A DNA stretch of 64,000 nucleotides from a virus. The first letter of the stretch is position 1. Each line of letters begins with the position of its first letter. Where the stretch lies: the IMG/VR virus record IMGVR_UViG_3300035670_010029, one strand, 5' to 3'. This document shows, piece by piece, positions 19,901-30,179 of this stretch. The position numbers and the translations under genes are program-made. The notes under the pieces are model-generated. The model was not told where the DNA came from and made no database searches. It saw only the letters and a list, made by a program, of their open reading frames with translations.

Positions 19901-22900
19901 ATAGTGGGATCATCGGTGTCGCAATAAATGGGATGACTATAAAAAACTTGTTTTCTAATCTCTGTAGTGGAACCCATATTAGAAGGTAAAAAAGAATTAC
20001 TTGTGGAAGATAGTGTACTTATGCGTGAAGAAGGATTAAAAACTCTATAACAATTAACAGACTCTTCTTCGTCTATTACGGAAGTTTTGTTGGTTTTATT
20101 TAACCAATAAATCGGATCGTCTATACGCAAAGTAGTAGAATAAATTGTTTGAGTAGGAACGAAAGCTGAAACCAGCTCGGTGTCCGAAGGTAAATTGATC
20201 CAAAATTTTCTATCACTACTAGCATTGGGATCAATAAAACTACCCCACTCATAATCATCGGGCAACTCATTATACAACGAAGTTGTTTTGATTGTTCCAG
20301 AAATGGGTTTGGTGGAAGATTTTATTAAGTTATTTAATGAAGATATAATAGGTGAACTACTTGTTGTAGAAAGCAAATTAATATCCATAAAAGGCAGATA
20401 ATTATGATAATTTTCTAAATTAGTACTATAAAATTTATCGCTATAATCAGTATTATATTTTTGATGTATATTGTAATATACTAAATCATTATGATCAATA
20501 GTATATGTAATATTGTTATTAGAAACAAATATCTGATATCTATGTTGATTTTGTAGATGATTATTAACAATCAGTTTATAAAAAGTATTTTTATATGTAG
20601 GAGTAGGATACCAATACGATGCATCAACATTGACGGACGTTAAATCGTCTAATATTTCGCCATCATAATACAAAACATCTCCCCACTTAGTCTTTTGAGG
20701 ACTACTTAGATAAGTATCAGATTCTGATCTTAACCATAATGTAGGAACATATACAGTTAAAGAATACTGTTTTATGATGTTCTCGTCCTGCTCTGCCAAG
20801 AAAAGCAGTAGAGGATCTATCATATTATATCCGCTGCGAACCTTATTTTGTAAAAGAAATTTTGTGTAGACTTGTATCTTGGTCGCTTCGTTACCCGTAA
20901 AGAAACTGGTAACAGATTTATCGAATTTCACTAATAATTCTTTTTTAAGAATAGTATTAGTATCTAATTCTCCTCTATTATTGTATAAAGCTATTTTGCG
21001 ATTAACATTTTTTCTAGAGTTATATACATAGCCCGCTCTATTTGTTGCGCTGTATGGGATATGTAGATCGCTAAAATTATGATACAAATAATTGTAATCT
21101 GTGGCCACATAGGATTCTGGACTAGTTTTATTAGGACCACGATATATCCATCTACGACCATCTCCAAATTGTACGATACTACCAAAAGTTATTTTGTTTT
21201 GGGCTTCTTCGCTCATGGTACCAACGTCATCTAAGGATGCTATTTGAATAGGTATTGAGGGATCAATTTCTGGCACCATAAAATAATATCTTGATCCAGG
21301 AAGAATAATGGTCTTATCACTAGATACTTCAAATTTATCAAATAATATGGGACTAATAGCATTAGTTGAAAAATCAAATTTTGTTGTATGATTGCTAATA
21401 AAATTGAGTGGAACGTGCTGCTTAGGGGATATGGGAATAAATCCGGGAATATTCAAAGAATCTGTTTTATGATGAACATACTCAAACCATGATGGTCTAC
21501 CCACGAACGTATAATTTTGATGTTTGTATCCATACCTATTAGGAATTATCGCATTATACCAATTACCATTAATTTGCAGATAAAGTCTTGGCTTGCGGTG
21601 TCTGTCAAATTGACTAATGTTGTTAAATAAATTTTGAATAGATTCGTCTATGTCACCTACAAGCACGGTCCCCGCATCATAAAAATCATTGTATAAAGGT
21701 TGGTCATAATATATTTTATTATTTTTGATTGGGGACAAACCATGATAAGTAGAGTCTGTGGTTAAACCACTATTGGGATGAAAAAATCCTTTTTGTAGCG
21801 TACCCTGCATTACTGGAGGATCGATACCAAATGCCAATATTTGTTTGCGGGGCCTGTTGATGAAATTTAAACTAACAGTAACTGTTTCGTCTCCTCTAGA
21901 AGTTATTCCAGGATCTCCGTACGATACCGGCTGGCCGAATATATAATCTTGTCCGGAAACCAAATCGCCAGACGGAGGTGCCAATACGTATTTTTCGTCT
22001 TTAGTTAGTTTTTCTAGATATGGATTTTGTAAATAAACAGATAGGGCTGTGGGTATCGTGCTTCCTTTAGGAAAAAAATTTAAAATCTGGTCTTTCCATA
22101 TGGTGTTGTCGCTACTAGCTCCGGCTCCTGATGGAGCAATATTAATTTTAGTAAAAAATCTTTTCCATGCTGGATTATTTCTTGCAGTAAAATAAAAATC
22201 ATTAAAAGTATATAGAGCAAACCTTGCTGCTAGATCTCCGTATTCGCTAACGGAAATCAATACATCCGAATGATCAGTAGAAAATTGTTCTGGTTTTACA
22301 ACCCATTCGCTATTTACATAGTTTTTTAATGATATCGAAATTGATCTTTCACAACCATAGGGCTGGTCTGGAATAATTTTATTCGTTAGTCTTGGTAAAG
22401 AACCCCCTGCCGTTAAAACTCCTTGACCAAATAAGCTATCAAGCTCGGATTGAGAATAACCACCATATTTCCTAAGAGTAGGAGAATTTTTAGTAGAAAG
22501 ACCAGGCAGAAAAACATCAGCATAACCATAAGTATTGCCGTCACAATTGTATGGATGAGCTGAATAATCACTAATATTTAACCCATAACACTTGCACGCG
22601 TTTAGATCCACGGGAAAACGCTTACATGACCAAGAAGAGGTACTAGAAGATTGTAATTTTTCGGCATATAATCCATATATTTTTAGTCCTATGTCCTTGG
22701 TAACAAAAGACAGCTTAGGATTTCCTGGAGTAATAGTGCTATTAAGTCTATCAAATACTGTTAATCCGTCTTTATTACCAAAAGATCTACTGCGAAAAAA
22801 AATACCATTATCTTTATGAAATGCAATAATATCTATGTATGGATTAAAGGCTAGAGCATTATACGATCTTTTTATTCGTAAAGTATCATCAGAAATATAT

Positions 22901-24960
22901 CTTTCTTTTCTATTTCCTGGCGGATTTTGAGAATTATTAAATCTTTTGGCTAGCTCAGTAAAACAAAAATCTCCGTCTCTACATAAAGATAGTTCGGCAT
23001 CGGGCACCAAATAAAACGAAGAATTTTCATCACAGTCGTAACAAAAACTTAACGGATCTTCACTATTTACTATTCTAGGATAACTATCCTCAAACTTAAT
23101 ACAGGTAGCAGACGATGGAACAGACTTGATGCGAGAATTATTGAGATATAGTGTAGAATAATTATTAAAGTCATATTTGGTTACAATAGCGGTATCATTT
23201 GTTACGGCACAGGTTTGCTTGTGTCTAAGCTCATCAAAACACGCCGTAGATAAACTGGTAGTACCTAAAGCAATAGTTTGATCGTAATAAAAATTTTTAT
23301 TGTAATTCCTAGTACCACACGAACGTATTTCTCTGCAATTAATATTTCTAAATTTTGTGTCATTTTTTTTGATAGCTAGATCAAAATCTATGTCCACATA
23401 GAAAGAGTCTGTTTGAGTGGGAATCGTGAAAATTATATCTTGTGAGCTATTTGGAGGAATCCACAGATATGCTCCATATTTATTAACCAGTGTATGAATT
23501 AATTCTTTTTTATTGCTTATGTAATATAGATTACTCACAGAGTCATATTTCGTTGTAACCAACATATCACGATTAAATACATCAATTTGTTGCAGAGCGT
23601 TGTACTGGTAGTTTGTTAAAAAAGAACTTTTGTTAAGATCAACAGTTACCTTATCGTAAGCTGGAGCGGTAGCCAATAAGGCTGCTTGATTAAGTGTTTT
23701 GATAGTATCAACGCCATTTGTAGACAAAAGCGTATTATATATGCTAAAAAACTGAGGATAAATATTGGCTGAAATATACATGAATTCTGAGCCAGACGGG
23801 ATAATGCATGATACCTCGTTATTGTCTACGATTTTTAAACCGGACGGACATCCCTTTATGAAACTACTACTATCTCCTACATCAGGCTCTGGCTCGGGAC
23901 CATCATTGGTTGCAAAAAAAATATCGCCAGGAGAAATATATAAATCTATACCTTTTAAAGGTCTTACATCATTTGGGCGATTAATATCAAAATATCTATA
24001 CCAACCTATAATTCCAGACGTATAATTCCATTTCCAATATGAACCAATTTTGTCATTATTAATATAGATGTTGTTGTATGTTTGTTTGTCGAAACCGTAG
24101 GGAGTTTCCTGAAAACTAGACACAGACGGAATATTTATTCTTTTATTCTGATCATTTGACCCTATTAATCCAGATAGCTTAGGAAATAAAGTTTTATATT
24201 CTGTTTCATAATCAGTATTAAGCTTGGTTAAAATAAAATTACCACATGTTTGACTTTTAAGCTTGGCTTTAGTGAAGGATTTATTGTGTAGGTTTTCGCT
24301 ATCGTGTTGGGTATAAATTTTATTATATGGAATTTCACTAATAGTATCTTTTATTTTCCAGTCTATACATAAATCAGCTCCTGCTATGCTAGATATATTA
24401 TTTTCAGGTATAGTAATAAATTTTTCAAAACCCAGTCCAGCATTAGTACAAGCAGGAAACTCTGACATATATTTAAAATCTAAGAAACCAGAAATATAGC
24501 TATGATTTAATACAGGAATTTTAGGAATGTAATCATCCTTTTTCATACGAATATCACAAGCTCCAGAGCAGCACCCCCCAGCTTTCAAGTCAGCTGATTT
24601 TTCTCCATTAGCATCTACTAAATTCCAAGATTCTATACTAGAACTACCGCAATAATTACAACTAAGATTCGAGTCTTGAAAATCTTCGAACTGAGAATCA
24701 GTAACATTGTTCAAACCAGCGTCACTGCAATTACACGGAGAAAAAGAAGAAGCTGTACCCAAACCAGCCATAATAAGAGGTTCACAATATATAGCATTAG
24801 ACTGACTTGCAGTAATAATAATCGGTTGCCATAGGCCGCTTGTATTGATGTTGTAAGCCCCTATTAGGCTTCTGAGTTTAGAAATATCTATAGATACATT
24901 AGCAGCATCTAAATCAGCATCTAAAACCAAACTTTTATTAAAAATAGCACAATCACTCAT
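16999..24960 (-). CDS. very large (2653 aa) Cys-rich putative virion tail-tip/adhesion protein
   Basis: Uninterrupted 8 kb ORF at the distal end of the tail operon; Cys clusters at both ends; no recognised domain. Confidence 0.65.
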   Translation of the reverse strand: MSDCAIFNKSLVLDADLDAANVSIDISKLRSLIGAYNINTSGLWQPIIITASQSNAIYCEPLIMAGLGTASSFSPCNCSDAGLNNVTDSQFEDFQDSNLSCNYCGSSSIESWNLVDANGEKSADLKAGGCCSGACDIRMKKDDYIPKIPVLNHSYISGFLDFKYMSEFPACTNAGLGFEKFITIPENNISSIAGADLCIDWKIKDTISEIPYNKIYTQHDSENLHNKSFTKAKLKSQTCGNFILTKLNTDYETEYKTLFPKLSGLIGSNDQNKRINIPSVSSFQETPYGFDKQTYNNIYINNDKIGSYWKWNYTSGIIGWYRYFDINRPNDVRPLKGIDLYISPGDIFFATNDGPEPEPDVGDSSSFIKGCPSGLKIVDNNEVSCIIPSGSEFMYISANIYPQFFSIYNTLLSTNGVDTIKTLNQAALLATAPAYDKVTVDLNKSSFLTNYQYNALQQIDVFNRDMLVTTKYDSVSNLYYISNKKELIHTLVNKYGAYLWIPPNSSQDIIFTIPTQTDSFYVDIDFDLAIKKNDTKFRNINCREIRSCGTRNYNKNFYYDQTIALGTTSLSTACFDELRHKQTCAVTNDTAIVTKYDFNNYSTLYLNNSRIKSVPSSATCIKFEDSYPRIVNSEDPLSFCYDCDENSSFYLVPDAELSLCRDGDFCFTELAKRFNNSQNPPGNRKERYISDDTLRIKRSYNALAFNPYIDIIAFHKDNGIFFRSRSFGNKDGLTVFDRLNSTITPGNPKLSFVTKDIGLKIYGLYAEKLQSSSTSSWSCKRFPVDLNACKCYGLNISDYSAHPYNCDGNTYGYADVFLPGLSTKNSPTLRKYGGYSQSELDSLFGQGVLTAGGSLPRLTNKIIPDQPYGCERSISISLKNYVNSEWVVKPEQFSTDHSDVLISVSEYGDLAARFALYTFNDFYFTARNNPAWKRFFTKINIAPSGAGASSDNTIWKDQILNFFPKGSTIPTALSVYLQNPYLEKLTKDEKYVLAPPSGDLVSGQDYIFGQPVSYGDPGITSRGDETVTVSLNFINRPRKQILAFGIDPPVMQGTLQKGFFHPNSGLTTDSTYHGLSPIKNNKIYYDQPLYNDFYDAGTVLVGDIDESIQNLFNNISQFDRHRKPRLYLQINGNWYNAIIPNRYGYKHQNYTFVGRPSWFEYVHHKTDSLNIPGFIPISPKQHVPLNFISNHTTKFDFSTNAISPILFDKFEVSSDKTIILPGSRYYFMVPEIDPSIPIQIASLDDVGTMSEEAQNKITFGSIVQFGDGRRWIYRGPNKTSPESYVATDYNYLYHNFSDLHIPYSATNRAGYVYNSRKNVNRKIALYNNRGELDTNTILKKELLVKFDKSVTSFFTGNEATKIQVYTKFLLQNKVRSGYNMIDPLLLFLAEQDENIIKQYSLTVYVPTLWLRSESDTYLSSPQKTKWGDVLYYDGEILDDLTSVNVDASYWYPTPTYKNTFYKLIVNNHLQNQHRYQIFVSNNNITYTIDHNDLVYYNIHQKYNTDYSDKFYSTNLENYHNYLPFMDINLLSTTSSSPIISSLNNLIKSSTKPISGTIKTTSLYNELPDDYEWGSFIDPNASSDRKFWINLPSDTELVSAFVPTQTIYSTTLRIDDPIYWLNKTNKTSVIDEEESVNCYRVFNPSSRISTLSSTSNSFLPSNMGSTTEIRKQVFYSHPIYCDTDDPTICGQQPCEIKNIGSVNLTSEFKIAKNRTLSLRSVSDGIPYIISYDAGNYNSFGTKSVTTIKRFEIKPDSWLDSTNSCSSDMLRPLNLRFSTLDSRFQSNLTTVEDHPLLIKQTDDMANEILFRIMHGEKIPINKDILLQENKTLTIRDLLSYSEPKITAKDIYDQILYNYDRSIIPNNLIYSSTLSIDGILSVGKNINISIGSVIIDLTIVREETDTETIIALQGTFNNQPIYGKIYTEKYQENSLIVTENNNSAPEPSSDNETIIKVGSRTTRATYSWGSFASAVKAGESWSGPPDNSCEDVSVTTGQTWTPGNYQATMIFPPGIQYEPRPTVSRCTANFDQCQDFQYAYCRRNRNSECATCKETLVETEGDDFQYNFSVCRNNFTLYGHTYRENHFDPVIPTTEAIETYETFGYDCGFPASPGIARGCWGPRACPRCSYLIIDVFGGCEGCGAYCGNYIPGGPWTETCVVRKCLSRPATVKNIYHRKTLKEFDPYNPLCPTNLCTITYNNYAVTITYPDTRIVMRRSSAYDPATISQEGTASSCAIVDFNGACPYITINSLPSDFVIQESINSECSPCNQPPLKIDIPEQKQTYATIKEKRKCIIGTFVYGEINPNPLINIGATNESEEGACRNSCCFGGGGGFCCPPCYGAGSSLRKQCSEGFEWFACLGSMSYSQSTPAAVPVDRWFMGGCGGQPVGEGTHRPLGQMICEFGVPAMAEGPAAVEQLNEWKASIDESYSQGGRCLENVHIPEEDIMHGIVPGSCSSMPQYKTYSFKSFKARPVGKTDVEVQEWYVNVEVAYYEYEYIRPKTIQDVLKPEGAVCAGQTTVNPEGDIPALTLPEAPPDGGGWDFVGQINRAGQFQCWSLGFPSWFTLPGWGDWWGWNAWFYPVPPRIPATFVLTENYIRDNGCTDGISSYYRYNLHRLDPNWQEPPMPCAAADWYCWSTQDMRSQFLSAKTGKVWV

Positions 24961-24962
24961 TG

Positions 24963-27900
24963 TTATGTCCTAGTAGACTGTAGTACCCATGATCCGTTTA
25001 AATATACAAATAATCCTACGCTATTAATATTAGCATTCAAATTTAATGGATTACTAAAATTAGTTTGATAATTATCTGGAGTAGCATCAGCTGGCGTTAT
25101 GGTAGACCTATTATAAGCCTTATATATTGTGGCTAGTGTTGGACCAATAATGGTACCAGAAGTAATAAATGGTTGATTATATATAGGCTCATAAAAACCA
25201 TTGTCACTATTATATTTGCAATATACAGCTCCGCCTCTTGGCGCAGAAAATAGTCTGGACCCATCTTTAACAAACACAAGCTTACGCAAATTATTTGGAA
25301 GAGGATCGTTGCCCAAATATCCTTCTAAAATAGTACCTCTAACTGGGTCGGTGTCTACAAGATCGTTTTCCAAAACAACCCATACAGGCTTATAATTATT
25401 TCCTACAGTCCATACTCCAGCGTCATCGTCCCACCTTAAATCTACCGGTCCTACAGGCCATGTAGACGGTAATTGAGCCCACCCCTTATAAAAAGAATTT
25501 TCTTTATACGGCTTAGAATATGTTCCATCAGCTTGTAAGATTTGATTTTTATATACCGGATTATTACTTGAATCTCTAACAATATTTCCATTTTGAATTT
25601 TAAATTCTCCGGAAGAATTAGGTACGGGATATCCTTCAGTGTCATAGCCCCACCCATGAACCATTAATGGTCCTCTTAAGCCAAAAAATCTTACATTATT
25701 ATCAGCATAATTACTATCTATAGCAGAGGACAAAGCAGCCCTAAGACCTCCTTCTGCTTGATCCATAGTGTGTCCAAAAGCTACCGTATCTATCGAATGA
25801 CCACAAGCATCATTTTGTTGTTTGTTAGTATTGCAATTAAACTCACTGCTACTAGCTGACATTATCATAGGATTTAAAGTATATCTATTAATAATAGCAT
25901 TATTACCAGCAAAAGTATTTTGGCTACTATTAATAATAGTCAAATCATCTCCACTAGCAACAATAAATGGAGGTATCATTTCAGCTGGTCTTATACTATT
26001 CTTGTACGATTGTTCTTTCTGCGCATCTGGTACACAAAACCTACAATCGATAGTATATAAAGTCCTAGCAGTACGCAAACCATCAAAAGATAAAGCAGCA
26101 GAAGTCTTGGTCAATATTGATGTGTCTAGATAATTATATTTTAACTGTCCGGTACCATTACAATGAGGACATTTGGTACGACGATATGGAGAGATAGAAT
26201 ATGTGGAACCATATGGAGTTGGATAAAAAGATATTGGGGATAAAATACCATCCATGCTCATAATACTGGTATTGGAATAAGACATTTCTTTAAATACTGA
26301 CGGCAACTCTCCTGGGTCGTAAATCGATACTTGTGTTTGTTGTCTTACCAGATTCTTAGGACTAGAAGCAATGGTATTGGGTATTGATGGTCTTAGGTGC
26401 CAAGTAGGACTAAAATCTAGCTCATCAGCCGCATCGTTAATAGAACTATTTTGATGAACAAAAGGGTATGCGTTACCTACAAGCACATTGACGGGACTCC
26501 AGTTCATGGCTTTGGGCCTACTATCAGAAAAATCACTAGTGATGGCATCGCGAGAAGTACTCAAAGAAAGTGTTCGAATATTATCAGCAATTTCTTTTCG
26601 TCTTCTAAGACTCTCTCTGCCTATTTTAGCTATATTCTCTGCTGCTTCTTTATTATAAAAACCTAATTTACGACTATAGGTTCTTAAACCAAAAGTGGTT
26701 TTTACCCCGTCTTCTGCTATCGATGATACTATACTATTTATAACAGGACCCATATTTGCATCTAATAAACGATAACCTACACCTGCTGAGCCATATTGTA
26801 TACCAGCAACTGTTAAGCTGCCATTTTCTAGTACTTGTTGATAATTATTGTCCTCGGCTATTTTGCTTAAAACAGCAAAATCCAAATTCTCTATGCCTCC
26901 ATAATTCCATGGCGTAAGTTCAGAATCAATTTGTATCTTCACCCCGCCAACAATATTATTTGTATAGGTGGTAGAATCTGTTGGGTTGTCAGGAAAAATT
27001 ATATTACGAATTAAATTGGGATGAGAAGACCACGGACCATACGTATAATTATTTAATCTAACAGGTATACAAGCAAAACAGGGCATAGCGGCCCGAGGAT
27101 TAATTTCCATATTAGCGGATGAAGTATTGGCCCCATTAAAAGCTGTTCCGTCAACTAAAGCCCTGCTACTTTGAGCCCACATCAACATAGCATGATTATG
27201 GGCAATATTTATATTGGCAAAAGCACCTCTTATGGAAGGAAGAGATAAATTTGAGGCTGAACCTGGGGTATCCACGCCGAACGCATCAAACATAATCAAG
27301 TCTTCCATCATTGTACTAACCAAAGACCGTGGAGATCTTATCCAAACAGGACTACTAGAAGATACAACACAATAAGTCGCATCATTAGTAAACAACAATT
27401 TTTTGTTAAATTTGTTTTCTGAAGCAGCGTCTACTGTGGAGCCCTTTGTATATATTTTATACTTATCTCCATCTGCTGGACTTTGCCCATGAGCTGCTGG
27501 ATAAGCAGAAGGAAATGTGCTCGTAATAGATATTGTGGGTCTACTTACTAATGGTCCTGTTGGTAATGTTGGTATGGATGAAGTTTTATATGGTAATACA
27601 TATATTTCATCAGCACTCATTGTAGGAACCAAAGGAAAATACCAACTGCTACTTCCTGGACGGATAGCTCTAGCCAAACTTAGAATATTGTCTATCAGAC
27701 TATTATTACTAAGTTTATTAGCTATATTGTCCATTGTGGGAGAGTAATACTCTGCTATATTATTGTAGCCAATGATAACTCCAAATTTACCATCTTCTCC
27801 AGCTAAACTATTCGCTACATTTGACCCTATAATTATGGTATCATCAAGAAAATTACCTTCTTCTTCCCATCCGCTATCTATAATTTCATACTGATATTGT

Positions 27901-30164
27901 CTATTGCCAGCTTCATCTAAATAAAAACTAACTGCTGGCAGTCTAACCAAATATTCTTTACCATAGTGTCGTGAGCCTAAGTCCTGAAAAAAAGAATGCA
28001 GTTTTTGTAATACTTGTAATATAGCTTCGCTATACGCTATAGATGAAGTAGGAGAAACAGTGTCTCCGACAGGAGGAACAACAGGCATAGCAGTTGGCTT
28101 TCCTCCATCTTTAACAACTCCTAGTCCGTCGATAAAAACCTTATTCGCAATTGTAGTACCATATGTATTGCGAATATAAGAGTATATAATTTGTCCAGTA
28201 CTAAGTTTAAAACCTAGTTTAGTCATCTGAAAAATATATGTAAGCCAATTATCAAAGCCGCTCATTGCTGCTCTAATTTCATTTTCCCAAACTATAAAAC
28301 TACCAGACAAAGAGTATGTGGGAAAAAAAGAAGAGATATCTGCCATACTTATGGAAATTTGTAGCTGTGATGTTCCCTTGTCGAAAAATACTTTTCTAAC
28401 ATTGCCATATGCGTCTCTACCAAAATACGGACTAATCAAATCAGCATATAAAGGATAACTACCAGAAGAGCCTCCAGAGCCATCATTAGTACCAAAAGAA
28501 CCCAAAGACGGAGTACTAGTTTCGTACGCTCCTGTTGTAACATTCATTGCGCTATGAGCTAAAGAAACAGAACCAAAATATGTAGATGACGGTGTCTCTT
28601 GAGCTACCGCGGCACCATCTATAAACGCATAATCATACCATCTCTGTCGATGAGCTAAGGGTTGTCGAACAGTATTACGACTGTTGCCAGAATTTAAATT
28701 ATTAACACTGAGATCAGTATTATAATCTATAGAACTTCTAGAGTCTGGTTCAAATCTGTGATAACTACGAAATCTACTAAGAGTATTTGAACTAACTTGA
28801 TATAGTCTTTCTTGTGGTCCTCCGACAATAACGGATCGAACATTTTCATCAGAAAACTCTTGCCCAACCGATGCATTAAGTACAGCATCGTTGCCAGATA
28901 ATGTGTTAAAAAAATTGCGTAAAATATTAGGAGGCGGTTGAATTCTTCTAGAAATGACACGAATTTTGATAATGCCAGAAAAATTGGCACTACTAGAAGG
29001 CAACAAGTCTACAATAAAATCACATCCAGCTCCTTGACAACAAAAATCTATAAAGTCTATAATGCTCATTTCTGTTTGTGATAACATTACTCCCGGCGGA
29101 GGAGCAGGCACTTCAGAAATATCTAAAGCAAATAAAGATCTATTGATACCATCTACCGCCGATGGGGCTTTGAGTAGTCCAAGCTGAGAAAGAGGAATTG
29201 TTTTAAATAGTTCACTATCAGGATTGATCATCAGAGCAGGATCGTTGCCTATTTTTTTGACAACACTTTTACCAACAATAGCTCCATACGGAGAAAAAGA
29301 ATTTTGTATTCTAGTAGTAGTGTTTCCTAACAATGTTATAAGAGTGGAATAAACTAAATTTGCTGGTATGCCTCTTTCGCTAACCTGAGACTTTCCGAAA
29401 CCTGTAGATTCTAAATATCCATAAATGTTAAATATATTAGGAATATTACCATCAGCTATACTTCCATTAAAGTTACTTATACTAGTATTTCCATAAGGAA
29501 CAGCTATTGTTCCTCCAGTAGTATTAAGTTTAGTACTAATAGATCCACCATATTTTTGTAGAATAAGTTGACATCCTTTTAATAAGCTACTACAACTAGA
29601 CAGTTCTATATCATATAGCCCATTGTTACTATAAGTCCACTTTTTAATATATCCACCAAACTGTATGTTATGAAACTTAAAATAAGTAGGACAACCTATA
29701 ATCAAATATTGCCATCCAACAAAACCAGGATCTTCAAGAGTAAGCTTTTTACGAGCGCTACTACCTCCATTAGCCAATAACGATGTTGCCCAATGTATTT
29801 TTCCGTCGTCCTTGATATCGGCATCTAAAGCACCTACGTCTTGTAGATCTCTATAATTCTCTTTATCTATTAGATTTTGAGCAATATTTTTTAGTACAGA
29901 CTTAGAGTCTGTATTGCTTAGAGATTGACTATCAAACAATGTCGAAGTTTGTGCTGTGCTTAACATATTGTTAAGTTCTGTGTCTAGTGCTGTATATGAA
30001 CCATCTTGAGGATGCTTAGATCGATCTTCTACTAGTTTAATGGTGCAAGTACTGGCGTCTGCACCCCAGCCTAAATTGATATTAAAATCACTAATACTAC
30101 ATCCTAAAAAAAGTGTTTGATTAAATGGTCCTACTTTTTTAAAGTCAAAATTACAAACTGGCAT
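24963..30164 (-). CDS. putative tail tip/baseplate hub protein (1733 aa)
   Basis: Downstream of the TMP and distal-tail genes; beta-rich; contains a CPHCNGTG...CRFC insert. Confidence 0.6.
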   Translation of the reverse strand: MPVCNFDFKKVGPFNQTLFLGCSISDFNINLGWGADASTCTIKLVEDRSKHPQDGSYTALDTELNNMLSTAQTSTLFDSQSLSNTDSKSVLKNIAQNLIDKENYRDLQDVGALDADIKDDGKIHWATSLLANGGSSARKKLTLEDPGFVGWQYLIIGCPTYFKFHNIQFGGYIKKWTYSNNGLYDIELSSCSSLLKGCQLILQKYGGSISTKLNTTGGTIAVPYGNTSISNFNGSIADGNIPNIFNIYGYLESTGFGKSQVSERGIPANLVYSTLITLLGNTTTRIQNSFSPYGAIVGKSVVKKIGNDPALMINPDSELFKTIPLSQLGLLKAPSAVDGINRSLFALDISEVPAPPPGVMLSQTEMSIIDFIDFCCQGAGCDFIVDLLPSSSANFSGIIKIRVISRRIQPPPNILRNFFNTLSGNDAVLNASVGQEFSDENVRSVIVGGPQERLYQVSSNTLSRFRSYHRFEPDSRSSIDYNTDLSVNNLNSGNSRNTVRQPLAHRQRWYDYAFIDGAAVAQETPSSTYFGSVSLAHSAMNVTTGAYETSTPSLGSFGTNDGSGGSSGSYPLYADLISPYFGRDAYGNVRKVFFDKGTSQLQISISMADISSFFPTYSLSGSFIVWENEIRAAMSGFDNWLTYIFQMTKLGFKLSTGQIIYSYIRNTYGTTIANKVFIDGLGVVKDGGKPTAMPVVPPVGDTVSPTSSIAYSEAILQVLQKLHSFFQDLGSRHYGKEYLVRLPAVSFYLDEAGNRQYQYEIIDSGWEEEGNFLDDTIIIGSNVANSLAGEDGKFGVIIGYNNIAEYYSPTMDNIANKLSNNSLIDNILSLARAIRPGSSSWYFPLVPTMSADEIYVLPYKTSSIPTLPTGPLVSRPTISITSTFPSAYPAAHGQSPADGDKYKIYTKGSTVDAASENKFNKKLLFTNDATYCVVSSSSPVWIRSPRSLVSTMMEDLIMFDAFGVDTPGSASNLSLPSIRGAFANINIAHNHAMLMWAQSSRALVDGTAFNGANTSSANMEINPRAAMPCFACIPVRLNNYTYGPWSSHPNLIRNIIFPDNPTDSTTYTNNIVGGVKIQIDSELTPWNYGGIENLDFAVLSKIAEDNNYQQVLENGSLTVAGIQYGSAGVGYRLLDANMGPVINSIVSSIAEDGVKTTFGLRTYSRKLGFYNKEAAENIAKIGRESLRRRKEIADNIRTLSLSTSRDAITSDFSDSRPKAMNWSPVNVLVGNAYPFVHQNSSINDAADELDFSPTWHLRPSIPNTIASSPKNLVRQQTQVSIYDPGELPSVFKEMSYSNTSIMSMDGILSPISFYPTPYGSTYSISPYRRTKCPHCNGTGQLKYNYLDTSILTKTSAALSFDGLRTARTLYTIDCRFCVPDAQKEQSYKNSIRPAEMIPPFIVASGDDLTIINSSQNTFAGNNAIINRYTLNPMIMSASSSEFNCNTNKQQNDACGHSIDTVAFGHTMDQAEGGLRAALSSAIDSNYADNNVRFFGLRGPLMVHGWGYDTEGYPVPNSSGEFKIQNGNIVRDSSNNPVYKNQILQADGTYSKPYKENSFYKGWAQLPSTWPVGPVDLRWDDDAGVWTVGNNYKPVWVVLENDLVDTDPVRGTILEGYLGNDPLPNNLRKLVFVKDGSRLFSAPRGGAVYCKYNSDNGFYEPIYNQPFITSGTIIGPTLATIYKAYNRSTITPADATPDNYQTNFSNPLNLNANINSVGLFVYLNGSWVLQSTRT

Positions 30165-30179
30165 AATTTCCTCTGTCTG

